From Escherichia phage dhabil: a DNA stretch of 64,000 nucleotides. Made by a program: the position numbers and the translations under genes. Below are positions 7,967 through 16,827 of this stretch, one piece after another. Below the pieces are notes generated by a model. It did not search any database. It was not told the origin of the DNA and was given only the letters and a program-made list of their open reading frames with translations. Numbering within the stretch: position 1 is the first letter of the stretch; the number at the start of each line of letters is the position of its first letter. Location: the sequence record MN850621.1; one strand, written 5' to 3'.

Positions 7967-8560
7967 TTACTTAAGTGAATTAATGTAGTCTTCGATATCG
8001 GCTGAAGTCGTATCCATTCCAACTTGTGGGCCTTTAAACGTTTCTACACGCAGCAGGGTATCTTCAATATCAATCTTAGTCAATGCAGCGATTTCAACCA
8101 CATCATCGGCAGTAGCAATACCAAGGGCAGCCATATTACGAGTTTCACGAATGTACTCAAGCTTAACCGCTAGTTCCTGGCGAGAGTCATCAAGTTCCTT
8201 GACCTTCAGTTTAATTTCATTACGCATTTCGATATAATCGTCTGCTTTCTTACGAAGTTGATTAGCTGTACGACGATAAAGGAGGCCAAGTTTAGCATGC
8301 ACCTGGACATCGGCGCCTTCTTTAATCAGTTTACGAATTTCACGCTCTTTTGAAGCGGCGAGTTGGTCTTTTTCATTCGCTAACTCGCGAATACGTTTTT
8401 CTTCATTCACAGACTTAACATGAGCAGTCTGGAGTTCAGTAATTTTATCAATCAGGGTAGAAGCAGCTTTAGTATACTGGTCTTCGATTGACAGGTTCTG
8501 AGTCATTGCGGTACCCAGTTTAGAACGGATGAATTCAACGATTTTCTTTAAAGTGTTCAT
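7967..8560 (-). CDS. coiled-coil protein, possibly PspA/IM30-like
   Basis: Start at internal ATG ([10 protein letters not shown]…) with SD GAAGGA; predicted long heptad-rich helices; family call is tentative. Confidence 0.5.
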   Translation of the reverse strand: MNTLKKIVEFIRSKLGTAMTQNLSIEDQYTKAASTLIDKITELQTAHVKSVNEEKRIRELANEKDQLAASKEREIRKLIKEGADVQVHAKLGLLYRRTANQLRKKADDYIEMRNEIKLKVKELDDSRQELAVKLEYIRETRNMAALGIATADDVVEIAALTKIDIEDTLLRVETFKGPQVGMDTTSADIEDYINSLK

Positions 8561-8597
8561 AGTATTTCCTTCAGTCGGTTGATATTTTGTAATCCAT

Positions 8598-8633
8598 GAG
8601 GACATTATACCCTGTCCTCTGAGGGTTGTAAAC
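8598..8633 (-). promoter_or_regulatory. strong sigma70-type early promoter with stem-loop over the -10
   Basis: Minus-strand -35 GTTTAC (8628-8633), -10 TATAAT (8604-8609), 18 nt spacer; inverted repeat gaggac/gtcctc flanks the -10. Confidence 0.55.
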
Positions 8634-8636
8634 ATT

Positions 8637-9035
8637 TTATTTCATTTTTGCTAGGCAAATTTCATTGGCTTCCCATTGAGCTTGCTTAATAATAGCTTTG
8701 GATACAGGAACCCTTTGACCATAAGTTTTTGACGTTGAGAGAACAATATATTTGTTTGCCTCATTATGCCAACCTAGTGATTTTTCACCATGAGTACCTT
8801 TAACCACAGCTGACACCTCAACAGAGCAACCACCATCAGAAATCTTGGTTTCTACAATCCATTCATTTCTCTCGACAGCTTCAATTTCCGATCTCCTTTT
8901 TTCTTCATACATGGCGGCCCAATCAGTTTTTGCCAAGCTGAAAGTAAGAGCTTTCTCTAATTCTTTGGCAGCTTTTTGTTGTTCAGGCGTTAATGAATTA
9001 TACAACTCTTGCATTTCTTTATCTTCGATATTCAT
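8637..9035 (-). CDS. hypothetical protein
   Basis: 132 aa ORF in the early accessory operon. Confidence 0.5.
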   Translation of the reverse strand: MNIEDKEMQELYNSLTPEQQKAAKELEKALTFSLAKTDWAAMYEEKRRSEIEAVERNEWIVETKISDGGCSVEVSAVVKGTHGEKSLGWHNEANKYIVLSTSKTYGQRVPVSKAIIKQAQWEANEICLAKMK

Positions 9036-9092
9036 TATGCTCTCCTCAAATTACGGGCTCATAATATCTCAATCATGAGCCCGTGTAAACAA

Positions 9093-9356
9093 TTATTTCA
9101 TATTATTGAAATAATCTTCCGCATCAAAATCGTTATCGTGATAAACTTTGGTAGACAATTTGACGTACCCTTCGGCAGCAAACATATTAACCACAACCTT
9201 TACGGTATACCACTGTCCATCGTCATTACCCATTACTGCGTAGGTTTCAAATATGGGATGGTCATCACCTATAACCTTAATATCGTTAACAGTAGCACCA
9301 AATTCTTCAGGAACGCATTTCATAAAGAAATTAAACAATTCACCATAATTATCCAT
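9093..9356 (-). CDS. hypothetical small acidic protein
   Basis: Start at ATG 9356 after SD AAGGAG; the track start at 9371 is a GTG inside the conserved leader. Confidence 0.5.
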   Translation of the reverse strand: MDNYGELFNFFMKCVPEEFGATVNDIKVIGDDHPIFETYAVMGNDDGQWYTVKVVVNMFAAEGYVKLSTKVYHDNDFDAEDYFNNMK

Positions 9357-9391
9357 TTTACTCTCCTTCACTCTGTTGTTTTGATAGGTCT

Positions 9392-9420
9392 ATAGTATCA
9401 CGTTTAAAGGAGGTGTAAAC
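9392..9420 (-). promoter_or_regulatory. T4-type early promoter cassette (-35 GTTTAC, -10 TACTAT)
   Basis: Minus-strand GTTTAC (9415-9420), 17 nt spacer, TACTAT (9392-9397), followed by the conserved leader agacctatcaaaacaacagagtgaa. Confidence 0.55.
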
Positions 9421-9458
9421 AACTTTGTGAAATTATTTTTAGTTTAAACCCCCTAAAA

Positions 9459-9474
9459 GGAGACCGAAGTCTCC
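9459..9474 (-). terminator. rho-independent terminator (ggagac-UUCG-gucucc + U tract)
   Basis: Hairpin immediately 3' of the 9480..10103 gene, U tract on minus strand. Confidence 0.5.
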
Positions 9475-9479
9475 TTTCA

Positions 9480-10103
9480 TTATTTACGAGTCTTTTCGAA
9501 CTGAGCTGCGTCACCGGCCAGTCGGCGTGCTTGACGAAGTTTGTTGTCAATTTCTTCGCGCATAGGCTGGGTGTACTTAAGGCCTTCAACCGTCAGATAG
9601 AGACGATAAAGGTCTGGTGTGTCCAGGTTGTTAATGTGTTGACCGTTACGAAGAACATTGAATTCACGAACAAGGTGTTTAGTTTCGGATTCTATTTCAG
9701 AAACCAAAGAAGCCAGTTGGTTATATTTTTTAACAATAGTGCTGGTGTCGAACTTGATTTTAGGTTTAGGAGCTTCTTTTACAGGCTCTGCTTTAGGTGC
9801 TGCCGCAGGTTTAGGTGGTGCAACTTTGGTTGGGGCTGCAGGTTTAGCAACAGGAGCTTTAGCTGGTTTAGCAGGTTTAGTAGCGCCACCGGCTACGATA
9901 TCTTTAAAAGCTTTGGAAGCTTTGTAATATTCTTTCTGGTTACTAGTATCAAAACCATACATATCATAAACGTTTTTAAAGAACTCGGTAGTGGTTTTAG
10001 TCCCGGAAATTTTATCATAAGCAGCTTGCCACATATCTTTAGTCATGCGCACGCTGGCTTCAGTCAGAACGCTTTCGTTCAAAAATTCATTGTAAGTTTT
10101 CAT
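9480..10103 (-). CDS. internal head protein (IP) with capsid-targeting sequence and Ala/Pro/Lys-rich linker
   Basis: N-terminus MKTYNEFLNESVLTEA matches the T4 IP capsid-targeting sequence and protease cleavage motif (LTE|A); late promoter upstream. Confidence 0.6.
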   Translation of the reverse strand: MKTYNEFLNESVLTEASVRMTKDMWQAAYDKISGTKTTTEFFKNVYDMYGFDTSNQKEYYKASKAFKDIVAGGATKPAKPAKAPVAKPAAPTKVAPPKPAAAPKAEPVKEAPKPKIKFDTSTIVKKYNQLASLVSEIESETKHLVREFNVLRNGQHINNLDTPDLYRLYLTVEGLKYTQPMREEIDNKLRQARRLAGDAAQFEKTRK

Positions 10104-10131
10104 TATTGTTTCCTGTGTTAATTAACTTATC

Positions 10132-10139
10132 TATTTATA
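10132..10139 (-). promoter_or_regulatory. late promoter TATAAATA (minus strand) for the IP gene
   Basis: Exact TATAAATA ~30 nt upstream of ATG at 10103. Confidence 0.5.
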
Positions 10140-10140
10140 C

Positions 10141-10168
10141 AAAAAAGGCCCAACCTTTCGGAAGGGCC
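10141..10168 (-). terminator. rho-independent terminator at the 3' end of the tRNA/stable-RNA transcription unit
   Basis: Hairpin ggcccaaccuuucggaagggcc followed by U6 on minus strand. Confidence 0.65.
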
Positions 10169-10338
10169 TTTAACCTAGGGTAACCTTGTCGGGGTTCCAC
10201 CTGCTAGGCAAGTGTTCGGTGCGCCGTTTCAGCTGTGAGATAAGGGACTTTAAGAGGAACTCATGTACGCCTTAAAGTCGGGTCTTATTCAGGGAACTTC
10301 AGTCCGACGACTTACCGGTAGCGACCCGGTTTCTTGTT
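10169..10338 (-). ncRNA. possible small stable RNA(s) downstream of the tRNAs
   Basis: 170 nt with no ORF, relatively GC-rich, between tRNA-Arg and the terminator; inferred by analogy to T4 species 1/2 RNAs. Confidence 0.25.
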
Positions 10339-10414
10339 TGGTCGAGACAGTAGGGATCGAACCTACGACCCAGGACTTAGAAGGTCCTTGCTCTTCCTTC
10401 TGAGCTATGCCTCG
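10339..10414 (-). tRNA. tRNA-Arg (anticodon UCU)
   Basis: Manually folded cloverleaf: acceptor cgaggca/tgtctcg, anticodon stem aggac/gtcct, loop cuUCUaa, T-arm gtagg-ttcgatc-cctac, encoded CCA. Confidence 0.8.
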
Positions 10415-10418
10415 TATT

Positions 10419-10493
10419 TGGCGGACATGCATGGATTCGAACCATGGACCAATTGATTAACAGTCAACTGCTCTACCACTGAGCTACACATCC
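10419..10493 (-). tRNA. tRNA-Asn (anticodon GUU)
   Basis: Cloverleaf: acceptor ggatgtg, D-arm gctc-agtggta-gagc, anticodon loop cuGUUaa, T-loop ttcgaat, encoded CCA. Confidence 0.75.
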
Positions 10494-10497
10494 AAAT

Positions 10498-10571
10498 TGG
10501 TGGCCCTGGGTGGAATCGAACCACCATCCAGCGATTATGAGTCGCTCGCTTGACCGTCCAGCTACAGGGCC
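10498..10571 (-). tRNA. tRNA with CAU anticodon (Met, or Ile if lysidine-modified as in T4)
   Basis: Cloverleaf: acceptor ggccctg, anticodon stem agcga/tcgct, loop cuCAUaa, T-arm ggtgg-ttcgatt-ccacc, encoded CCA. Confidence 0.8.
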
Positions 10572-10656
10572 TTAATTCTATTATGAAAGGCTCTTTGAGG
10601 GAAGAACCTTTGGTAATAGAGGGTATTAATGATAGAGTAATAATATCACATAATTC

Positions 10657-10941
10657 TTAAAGCATATTAATATAGTCAAGTTTAATAGAAGCAATCTTCA
10701 AAGGGTTTTTAAAGATGTCGTATTCGACCAATCCATTTTCAGTTGCGGTATAAAAAGTAAAGTTAACAGAATTATAGCGATGGCTGTTAACTTTGAGTTT
10801 AACATCGCTTGAACTACGGCCAATATTAACCTGTTGAACATCAAGCACGGCATCTTTGCCGTAATTTCGAATCAACAACTCGGCTGCAACCTGATCGGAT
10901 TTATAGCCATTCTCTGGATTAGTAACCTTAACGTATAACAT
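10657..10941 (-). CDS. hypothetical protein
   Basis: 94 aa ORF, SD GAGGG, start overlaps upstream stop (TAAATG). Confidence 0.5.
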   Translation of the reverse strand: MLYVKVTNPENGYKSDQVAAELLIRNYGKDAVLDVQQVNIGRSSSDVKLKVNSHRYNSVNFTFYTATENGLVEYDIFKNPLKIASIKLDYINML

Positions 10942-11322
10942 TTAACCCTCGTCTACAATAGTGTGGGTATTGGCATTGACAATCTGCCACCAGTCAAAAC
11001 GATTGGAACCGTAACAAGGCTTATTCTCGTTTTCTTTAATGATATCGCGCAGTTCATCTTCAGTCGCGGCCTTTGCGATTAAGTCAGCATAACCGCCACG
11101 AGGATAATAGTTATCACCGGCAAAGAGCAAAAAGTTTGTTTTGATATTCTTGAATTCTTCAAGAGTAATAACTGTTCCACCCGGTTGAACAATATCTACA
11201 TAACTATATCCTAATTTCTGTGCTTCATTTACCGCTTCAAGCAGGGTGTCATGCGCCCACCCAATTTGGCAATCTGGTTTTTCAGATGGATTTGCTTGAT
11301 AATCCGCATACACTTTATACAT
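10942..11322 (-). CDS. hypothetical protein
   Basis: Start at internal ATG (MYKVYADYQ…) preceded by SD AGGTGAG. Confidence 0.5.
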   Translation of the reverse strand: MYKVYADYQANPSEKPDCQIGWAHDTLLEAVNEAQKLGYSYVDIVQPGGTVITLEEFKNIKTNFLLFAGDNYYPRGGYADLIAKAATEDELRDIIKENENKPCYGSNRFDWWQIVNANTHTIVDEG

Positions 11323-11323
11323 T

Positions 11324-11509
11324 TTACTCACCTTTAGAGATTTTATCCATAACGAAAGAGATTGAACCAATTAAGAATGCCACTACTAAAGAGATTATAT
11401 TCTCGGAAGTTGTAAGCAAATCCAACATGAATCCTGCAAACATACTAAAGCCAAAAGCAGTAACGGCGGCCAGTGCAGTAACATTTCTAATTAATTCACA
11501 ACGTTTCAT
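11324..11509 (-). CDS. small membrane protein (two predicted TM helices)
   Basis: Start after GGAG in the conserved leader (MKRCELIRNVTALAAVTAFGFSMFAGFMLDLL…). Confidence 0.5.
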   Translation of the reverse strand: MKRCELIRNVTALAAVTAFGFSMFAGFMLDLLTTSENIISLVVAFLIGSISFVMDKISKGE

Positions 11510-11545
11510 TTTATTCTCCAATCACTCATTTGTTTTGATAGGGCT

Positions 11546-11574
11546 ATAGTATCATCACTAGAGCCCGTTGTAAA
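11546..11574 (-). promoter_or_regulatory. early promoter cassette with imperfect stem-loop (PeSL-like)
   Basis: Minus-strand -35 TTTACA (11569-11574), 17 nt, -10 TACTAT (11546-11551); inverted repeat gggctctag/ctatagccc. Confidence 0.5.
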
Positions 11575-11579
11575 TAACT

Positions 11580-11858
11580 TTAAAGTGCTTTTTTCAAAAT
11601 ATCAAAGTGCTTGGTGGCGATGTAAACGGTTTTCATTACAGAAGATTCTTGAGCCGGGGAAATAACAATGCTCCCACCGTCTTTTTTAGCATGGTAACCG
11701 TCGCCCAGATAAACAGTACCTTTAAGTTCATCACCATTAAGACCGATAACCGGTTTACCTTCACGGCCTTTGTTTAGGGCTATAACTTCACTCATAACAC
11801 TGGCTTCAGTGATAGGAGCCACTTTTTGAGATTTACTAAATTCTTGATAAGTTTTCAT
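11580..11858 (-). CDS. internal head protein (IP) paralog with capsid-targeting sequence
   Basis: MKTYQEFSKSQKVAPITEA… (CTS with ITE|A cleavage motif); start at second in-frame ATG of the conserved leader. Confidence 0.55.
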   Translation of the reverse strand: MKTYQEFSKSQKVAPITEASVMSEVIALNKGREGKPVIGLNGDELKGTVYLGDGYHAKKDGGSIVISPAQESSVMKTVYIATKHFDILKKAL

Positions 11859-11896
11859 TTTGATTTCCATTTGGTTAGTTTGTTTTTGATAGGCCT

Positions 11897-11925
11897 ATAG
11901 TATCATCACTAAAGCCCTTTGTAAA
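11897..11925 (-). promoter_or_regulatory. early promoter cassette (PeSL-like)
   Basis: Minus-strand -35 TTTACA (11920-11925), 17 nt, -10 TACTAT (11897-11902). Confidence 0.5.
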
Positions 11926-11936
11926 ACATTTTTAAA

Positions 11937-12820
<884 letters not shown>

Positions 12821-12828
<8 letters not shown>

Positions 12829-13582
12829 TTTTATTTCCTAATAATTTATCAATAGTAGTGTATAGTTCAGAAAGAGTGCCGTTATTTTCAATAACAACGT
12901 CACCAGGTAAAATTGGTAGACCCGCTTCAGTGATGTGCGAGTCTTGTACTTGACCGGTTTCAGCGCGAACTACATGAATAATCGTAGCACCCATCGCTCT
13001 GAGCGAATCAATTTCGTGTGTTTGACGAACATCAGGTACGACATAGTATTTCGCATCAGAGTATATTTTATCAAAATAGTCTAAAGCGAACAACTTAACC
13101 CAATACATCTTATCAAATTGGTTAACAATAATATCAGTCCCAAGGGTCTGCATGAGACGACGTACTGACCAATTGTTATTTTTATTTATTACTTCAAATA
13201 GCTGGTCTTTTGTTTCTTCAGACAGATACTGGGCCGGGGTAAGACCATAATGATATGCGATACGAACATCAATTCCTGGAATAGGAAGGATATTATTCAG
13301 CTTAACAATAGCATGTTCAAAAATATCAACCACATCATACGGTTTTAAAGGAATTATTTCTTCACGGTCATAACCGATACCTTCAAAACAATTAAAATCT
13401 AATTTAGGCATATAGCTACGGTCGAATACAGGGTCATCAGATATGTATTCATAAGCTTCAGCCAGATACTTTTTAATAGGACCAGCGAGTTGGAATTTTA
13501 CGGAATCCATATTCTCAATTACATAGTTAGCAACGGTATCCTTACCGCTACGTTTGATTCCTACAATTGATATTAGTTTCAT
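12821..13582 (-). CDS. 1: deoxynucleoside monophosphate kinase gp1
   Basis: 253 aa, P-loop GIKRSGKDT and strong similarity to T4 gp1 (…MYWVKLFALDY…ATIIHVVR…). Confidence 0.9.
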
Positions 13583-14172
13583 TATTTTCTCATAGATGGA
13601 TGCATAGACATACGAGCCACACGTTGTTCGGCATACGAATCAATTTGTGGACGACCTGTAACTATTGTACCATCTATTTCTACAGCAAACGACTTGAAGT
13701 TGAATGTTGCCGTAGCGATTATAGCAGGGTCAGAATCTTCTTTATACGAGTATTGGATTTCCGATAAGTCGGATGGCCAACCGCCGTAGTAATGAATGCT
13801 CATTACGATTTTCTGTTTGTTGTTATCAAGGATATGGAGGGTAATCGCTTCAGGCAAGCCTTTAGGATGCCAGGCTTCGGATTCATGTGTTACATAGTTG
13901 TTTAATGATAGCATCCATTTATAAACGTCCATCCATGATTTCAGCTCACGGTCTACAAGAAAGTTTACAATCAAGGGGTCGAATTCTACTGTAGAACCTG
14001 GCAGCTTAGCACGATGTATGCCCTGGGTCGATCCGGGGACGTCTGAGATAGGAATATGGATACCCGGTAGTGTTACATCTTGTACGTTCAATTTGAATGA
14101 CTGCGTCATTCCTGAGTCACTAACCTCTAAGATAAAGTTGGTAGTGTTAGTTTGGTTAAATAAACCGTTCAT
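13582..14172 (-). CDS. 3: tail completion / sheath stabilizer protein gp3
   Basis: 196 aa ORF at the T4 gene 3 position between genes 1 and 2. Confidence 0.7.
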   Translation of the reverse strand: MNGLFNQTNTTNFILEVSDSGMTQSFKLNVQDVTLPGIHIPISDVPGSTQGIHRAKLPGSTVEFDPLIVNFLVDRELKSWMDVYKWMLSLNNYVTHESEAWHPKGLPEAITLHILDNNKQKIVMSIHYYGGWPSDLSEIQYSYKEDSDPAIIATATFNFKSFAVEIDGTIVTGRPQIDSYAEQRVARMSMHPSMRK

Positions 14173-14254
14173 AGGATTCCTATATTGCTTAAGTCCCAGA
14201 CAGTGTATAATGGTCCTAGGTCTATTCCATTCAATAACTGGCTGGGATAATAGA

Positions 14255-14905
14255 TTATTTTATAAATTCACGTAATCTTACAGGTGTCATAAAAGGCCAT
14301 TTGGCTATAGTTGGTTTTATCCAGTATCTTTCATGACATGTAGCTTTAAACGCCCGAACCATATCCTTGGCCTCTTCTATAGTATCCACACCAAATTGTT
14401 CACAAGTTTTCTTTCTGGCTTTATCCCATCTCCGTTTAGCAAGCTCTGCTTGGAGGTCTTTATTGGCAAAATGGCCATTATTCCTGTTATGTGTGGTTCC
14501 TTTAGTAGGGCTCCATCCTCGTCCCTTTACAAATCCTTTAGGGACAGGTTCGTCTGGGAATAATTTAATACACTTATCACCGTTATTATAATAAACCTTT
14601 CCGGTTTGGGTAGCTGTAATATTCTCAGAATGTTTACGTTTAAGCCACCCATAAAGCTTATTAGAACGACGAGGACCTTGAGTCATTGTCATAGCTGCAA
14701 AAGTTAGTCCAGGATGGCCCGGATGTATTTTAACTAATAGTTGATGTGCCAAATAATGTTCTTCAGGGGTTAAATCAACTAGGTTTGTAGATTCATCACC
14801 TCCACCCATACATCTAGGTAAGATATGATGAGACTCTGTATAGCAGGATAGTGCTCGTCCTTGAGCACGTTTAATTAATGAAGAATATATTTTCTGGTAA
14901 TCCAT
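14255..14905 (-). mobile_element. free-standing HNH homing endonuclease inserted between genes 3 and 2
   Basis: HNH motif …SHHILPRCMGGGDESTNLVDLTPEEHYLAHQ…; ATG at 14905 overlaps the gene 2 stop (TAATG); the track start at 14920 is TTG. Confidence 0.75.
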
Positions 14906-15741
14906 TATGCGTTCTTCCAAACTTTCTGAGCACTGTAACGCTTACCTTTAGACATAAACTGCTGAAGAGGAAGTAGGGTTACGTTAGCCCAATCAGAAGG
15001 TTTTATCTCTACTAAAGGTCCCTTGATATTTCCAGGGATATAAGCCTTAATCATCGCGTCAGCACCAGCAAATCCTTTTACCTTACTCCAATCAATTTTT
15101 AATTTGGTCGAGTTCGTAATGGTAGGCGTACTCGCGTATTGCTTCAGCAATTCTTCTAGAAATTGTTGGCGTGCTTTAGGCGGAATATAGTGTAAGTTCA
15201 ACCCATACATCAGATTATGCTTACCGAGCCCAAGATAAATGATTAAAGGATATTTGTCCCAGTAGGGTAATGTGTCCTTGTGTTTAGCATCATAGATATA
15301 AGCATAAAGCTTACCAGGAGATGGTTTAGATACCTGGTGTCCACGAATTCCTTTCTTTAATGTTTCTGTAAACCATTTAGCTGATTTATTGTTTACAGCA
15401 GCGCCTTCGTTAGCAATCTTATCACGAATACTCTTTCTAAAACTATTCACCAAAATTAATTGACGTTCGGCTTTGGTCAATTTATTGCCAGGTTTCTTCT
15501 GAAGTTTTTCGACCTGTACGGCAGTTTTAATTCGACTCGAGTATCGAGACATCGCAGATGTAAAGCTAGAATACTTAATGCCTTTATCTTCAGCGAATTT
15601 CTTAGACGAGACACCTTTGGCCTTAGCTTTGGCATATTCAACACCTAAAGCTATCCATTGTTGCTCTGAACGAGTAGGCTTAGAACCTTTTGTGGTTTCA
15701 GTGGCCTCATTGATGTAGGAAAATATACTCATCCTTTCCAT
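14905..15741 (-). CDS. 2: DNA end protector protein gp2
   Basis: 278 aa, basic; position and length as T4 gp2. Confidence 0.8.
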   Translation of the reverse strand: MERMSIFSYINEATETTKGSKPTRSEQQWIALGVEYAKAKAKGVSSKKFAEDKGIKYSSFTSAMSRYSSRIKTAVQVEKLQKKPGNKLTKAERQLILVNSFRKSIRDKIANEGAAVNNKSAKWFTETLKKGIRGHQVSKPSPGKLYAYIYDAKHKDTLPYWDKYPLIIYLGLGKHNLMYGLNLHYIPPKARQQFLEELLKQYASTPTITNSTKLKIDWSKVKGFAGADAMIKAYIPGNIKGPLVEIKPSDWANVTLLPLQQFMSKGKRYSAQKVWKNA

Positions 15742-16178
15742 CCTAATTTTTTCAGTGAATGTTCGGTAATCAATCTAAAGTTGATACCCATTTTATCTGC
15801 GGTAGCTTTAGCGGCTTTCCACTTGTCACTATTCACAGACCAAGTATAATGTTCGTTAATATATCTCTTTTTAGCGGCAGTGGTCATTTTTACCGGAATC
15901 GCTGGAGGGTGGGTCTCTTTAAAAGGTTTGACTTCAAAAAAGAATTGTTGACCATTATCAAACTTAACCCAGAAGTCCATATAATATCGACGTTTCTTTC
16001 CTTCAGCATTACAAAAATATGGAATCACAACCTCTTCTGAATTCCATTGGACTACATTAGGATGATTATCAAGCCATCTCATTAGCCATGCTTCCCAAGA
16101 GGAACGATATTGGATTTTCTTCCAGTCACCTTTATATTTTTGTAAGTTTGTAGGTTTAAATTTCCCTGAGTAAGCCAT
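15729..16178 (-). CDS. 4: head completion protein gp4
   Basis: 149 aa ([21 protein letters not shown]…); synteny with 2 and 53. Confidence 0.85.
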   Translation of the reverse strand: MAYSGKFKPTNLQKYKGDWKKIQYRSSWEAWLMRWLDNHPNVVQWNSEEVVIPYFCNAEGKKRRYYMDFWVKFDNGQQFFFEVKPFKETHPPAIPVKMTTAAKKRYINEHYTWSVNSDKWKAAKATADKMGINFRLITEHSLKKLGWKG

Positions 16179-16189
16179 AGTTGCCTCCT

Positions 16190-16212
16190 TATAAATATTA
16201 ATATTATTTATA
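16190..16212. promoter_or_regulatory. divergent late promoters: TATAAATA (+, 16190-16197) for gene 53 and TATAAATA (-, 16205-16212) for gene 4
   Basis: Exact T4 late -10 consensus on both strands in the 46-nt intergenic region. Confidence 0.6.
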
Positions 16213-16224
16213 CTCGGAGGCCCT

Positions 16225-16827
16225 ATGCTCTTCTCATTTTTCGATCCTATCGATTACGAATCAAAAACAGTCAAGCCGGATTCGGGCTCATTAACAAATG
16301 CCGATGTATTGAGCGTGCCGATGACTGATATATTTAGAAATTATAAAGAATATTTTGATAAAGTGGCTAAAAATTATACACTAAAGACTTATTATATCAA
16401 TGGGGCCCCTCGTCCAGAAGAATTGGCCCATCTTCTTTATGGCAATGTCCAATTATATTGGGTTCTACTTATGTGCAACAATATATATGACCCTTATTAT
16501 GGATGGATTACCGGGCAAGAAGCAGCATATCAAGCGGCAATCCAAAGATATTCTACCGACGGCGGAAACCAGGTCCTTTACCATGTAAACGAAAAAGGTG
16601 AGAAATTCTGGAATCTTGTCAACACACCGGAAAATCCGTATACTTGGTATGATAAAGGCGATACAGAAAAACGTTATCCTCAATACGAAGGTCCATTAGC
16701 CGCAGTAGATATTTACGAGGATGCCATTCGTAAAAATGAATATAAGCGCGAAATAAAGATTATTGACCCTAATGATATTGAGTCTTTTATTTCTGCCCTT
16801 ATTCGTGAAATGGAGAAAGCCCTCTAA
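16225..16827 (+). CDS. 53: baseplate wedge protein gp53
   Basis: 200 aa, high identity to T4 gp53 (MLFSFFDPIDYE…YINGAPRPEELA…QLYWVLLMCN…DPYYGWIT). Confidence 0.9.
   Translation: MLFSFFDPIDYESKTVKPDSGSLTNADVLSVPMTDIFRNYKEYFDKVAKNYTLKTYYINGAPRPEELAHLLYGNVQLYWVLLMCNNIYDPYYGWITGQEAAYQAAIQRYSTDGGNQVLYHVNEKGEKFWNLVNTPENPYTWYDKGDTEKRYPQYEGPLAAVDIYEDAIRKNEYKREIKIIDPNDIESFISALIREMEKAL

Noticed and set aside
9531-10121. 196-aa plus-strand ORF overlapping the internal-protein gene
   Set aside because: Opposite strand to a gene with clear CTS, late promoter and terminator; no RBS; low-complexity translation
647-11930. Possibility that the repeated ~40-60 bp cassettes are a CRISPR array
   Set aside because: Repeat units differ in sequence, spacing is irregular (hundreds to thousands of bp), and each is followed by an RBS and ORF; they are promoter/leader repeats
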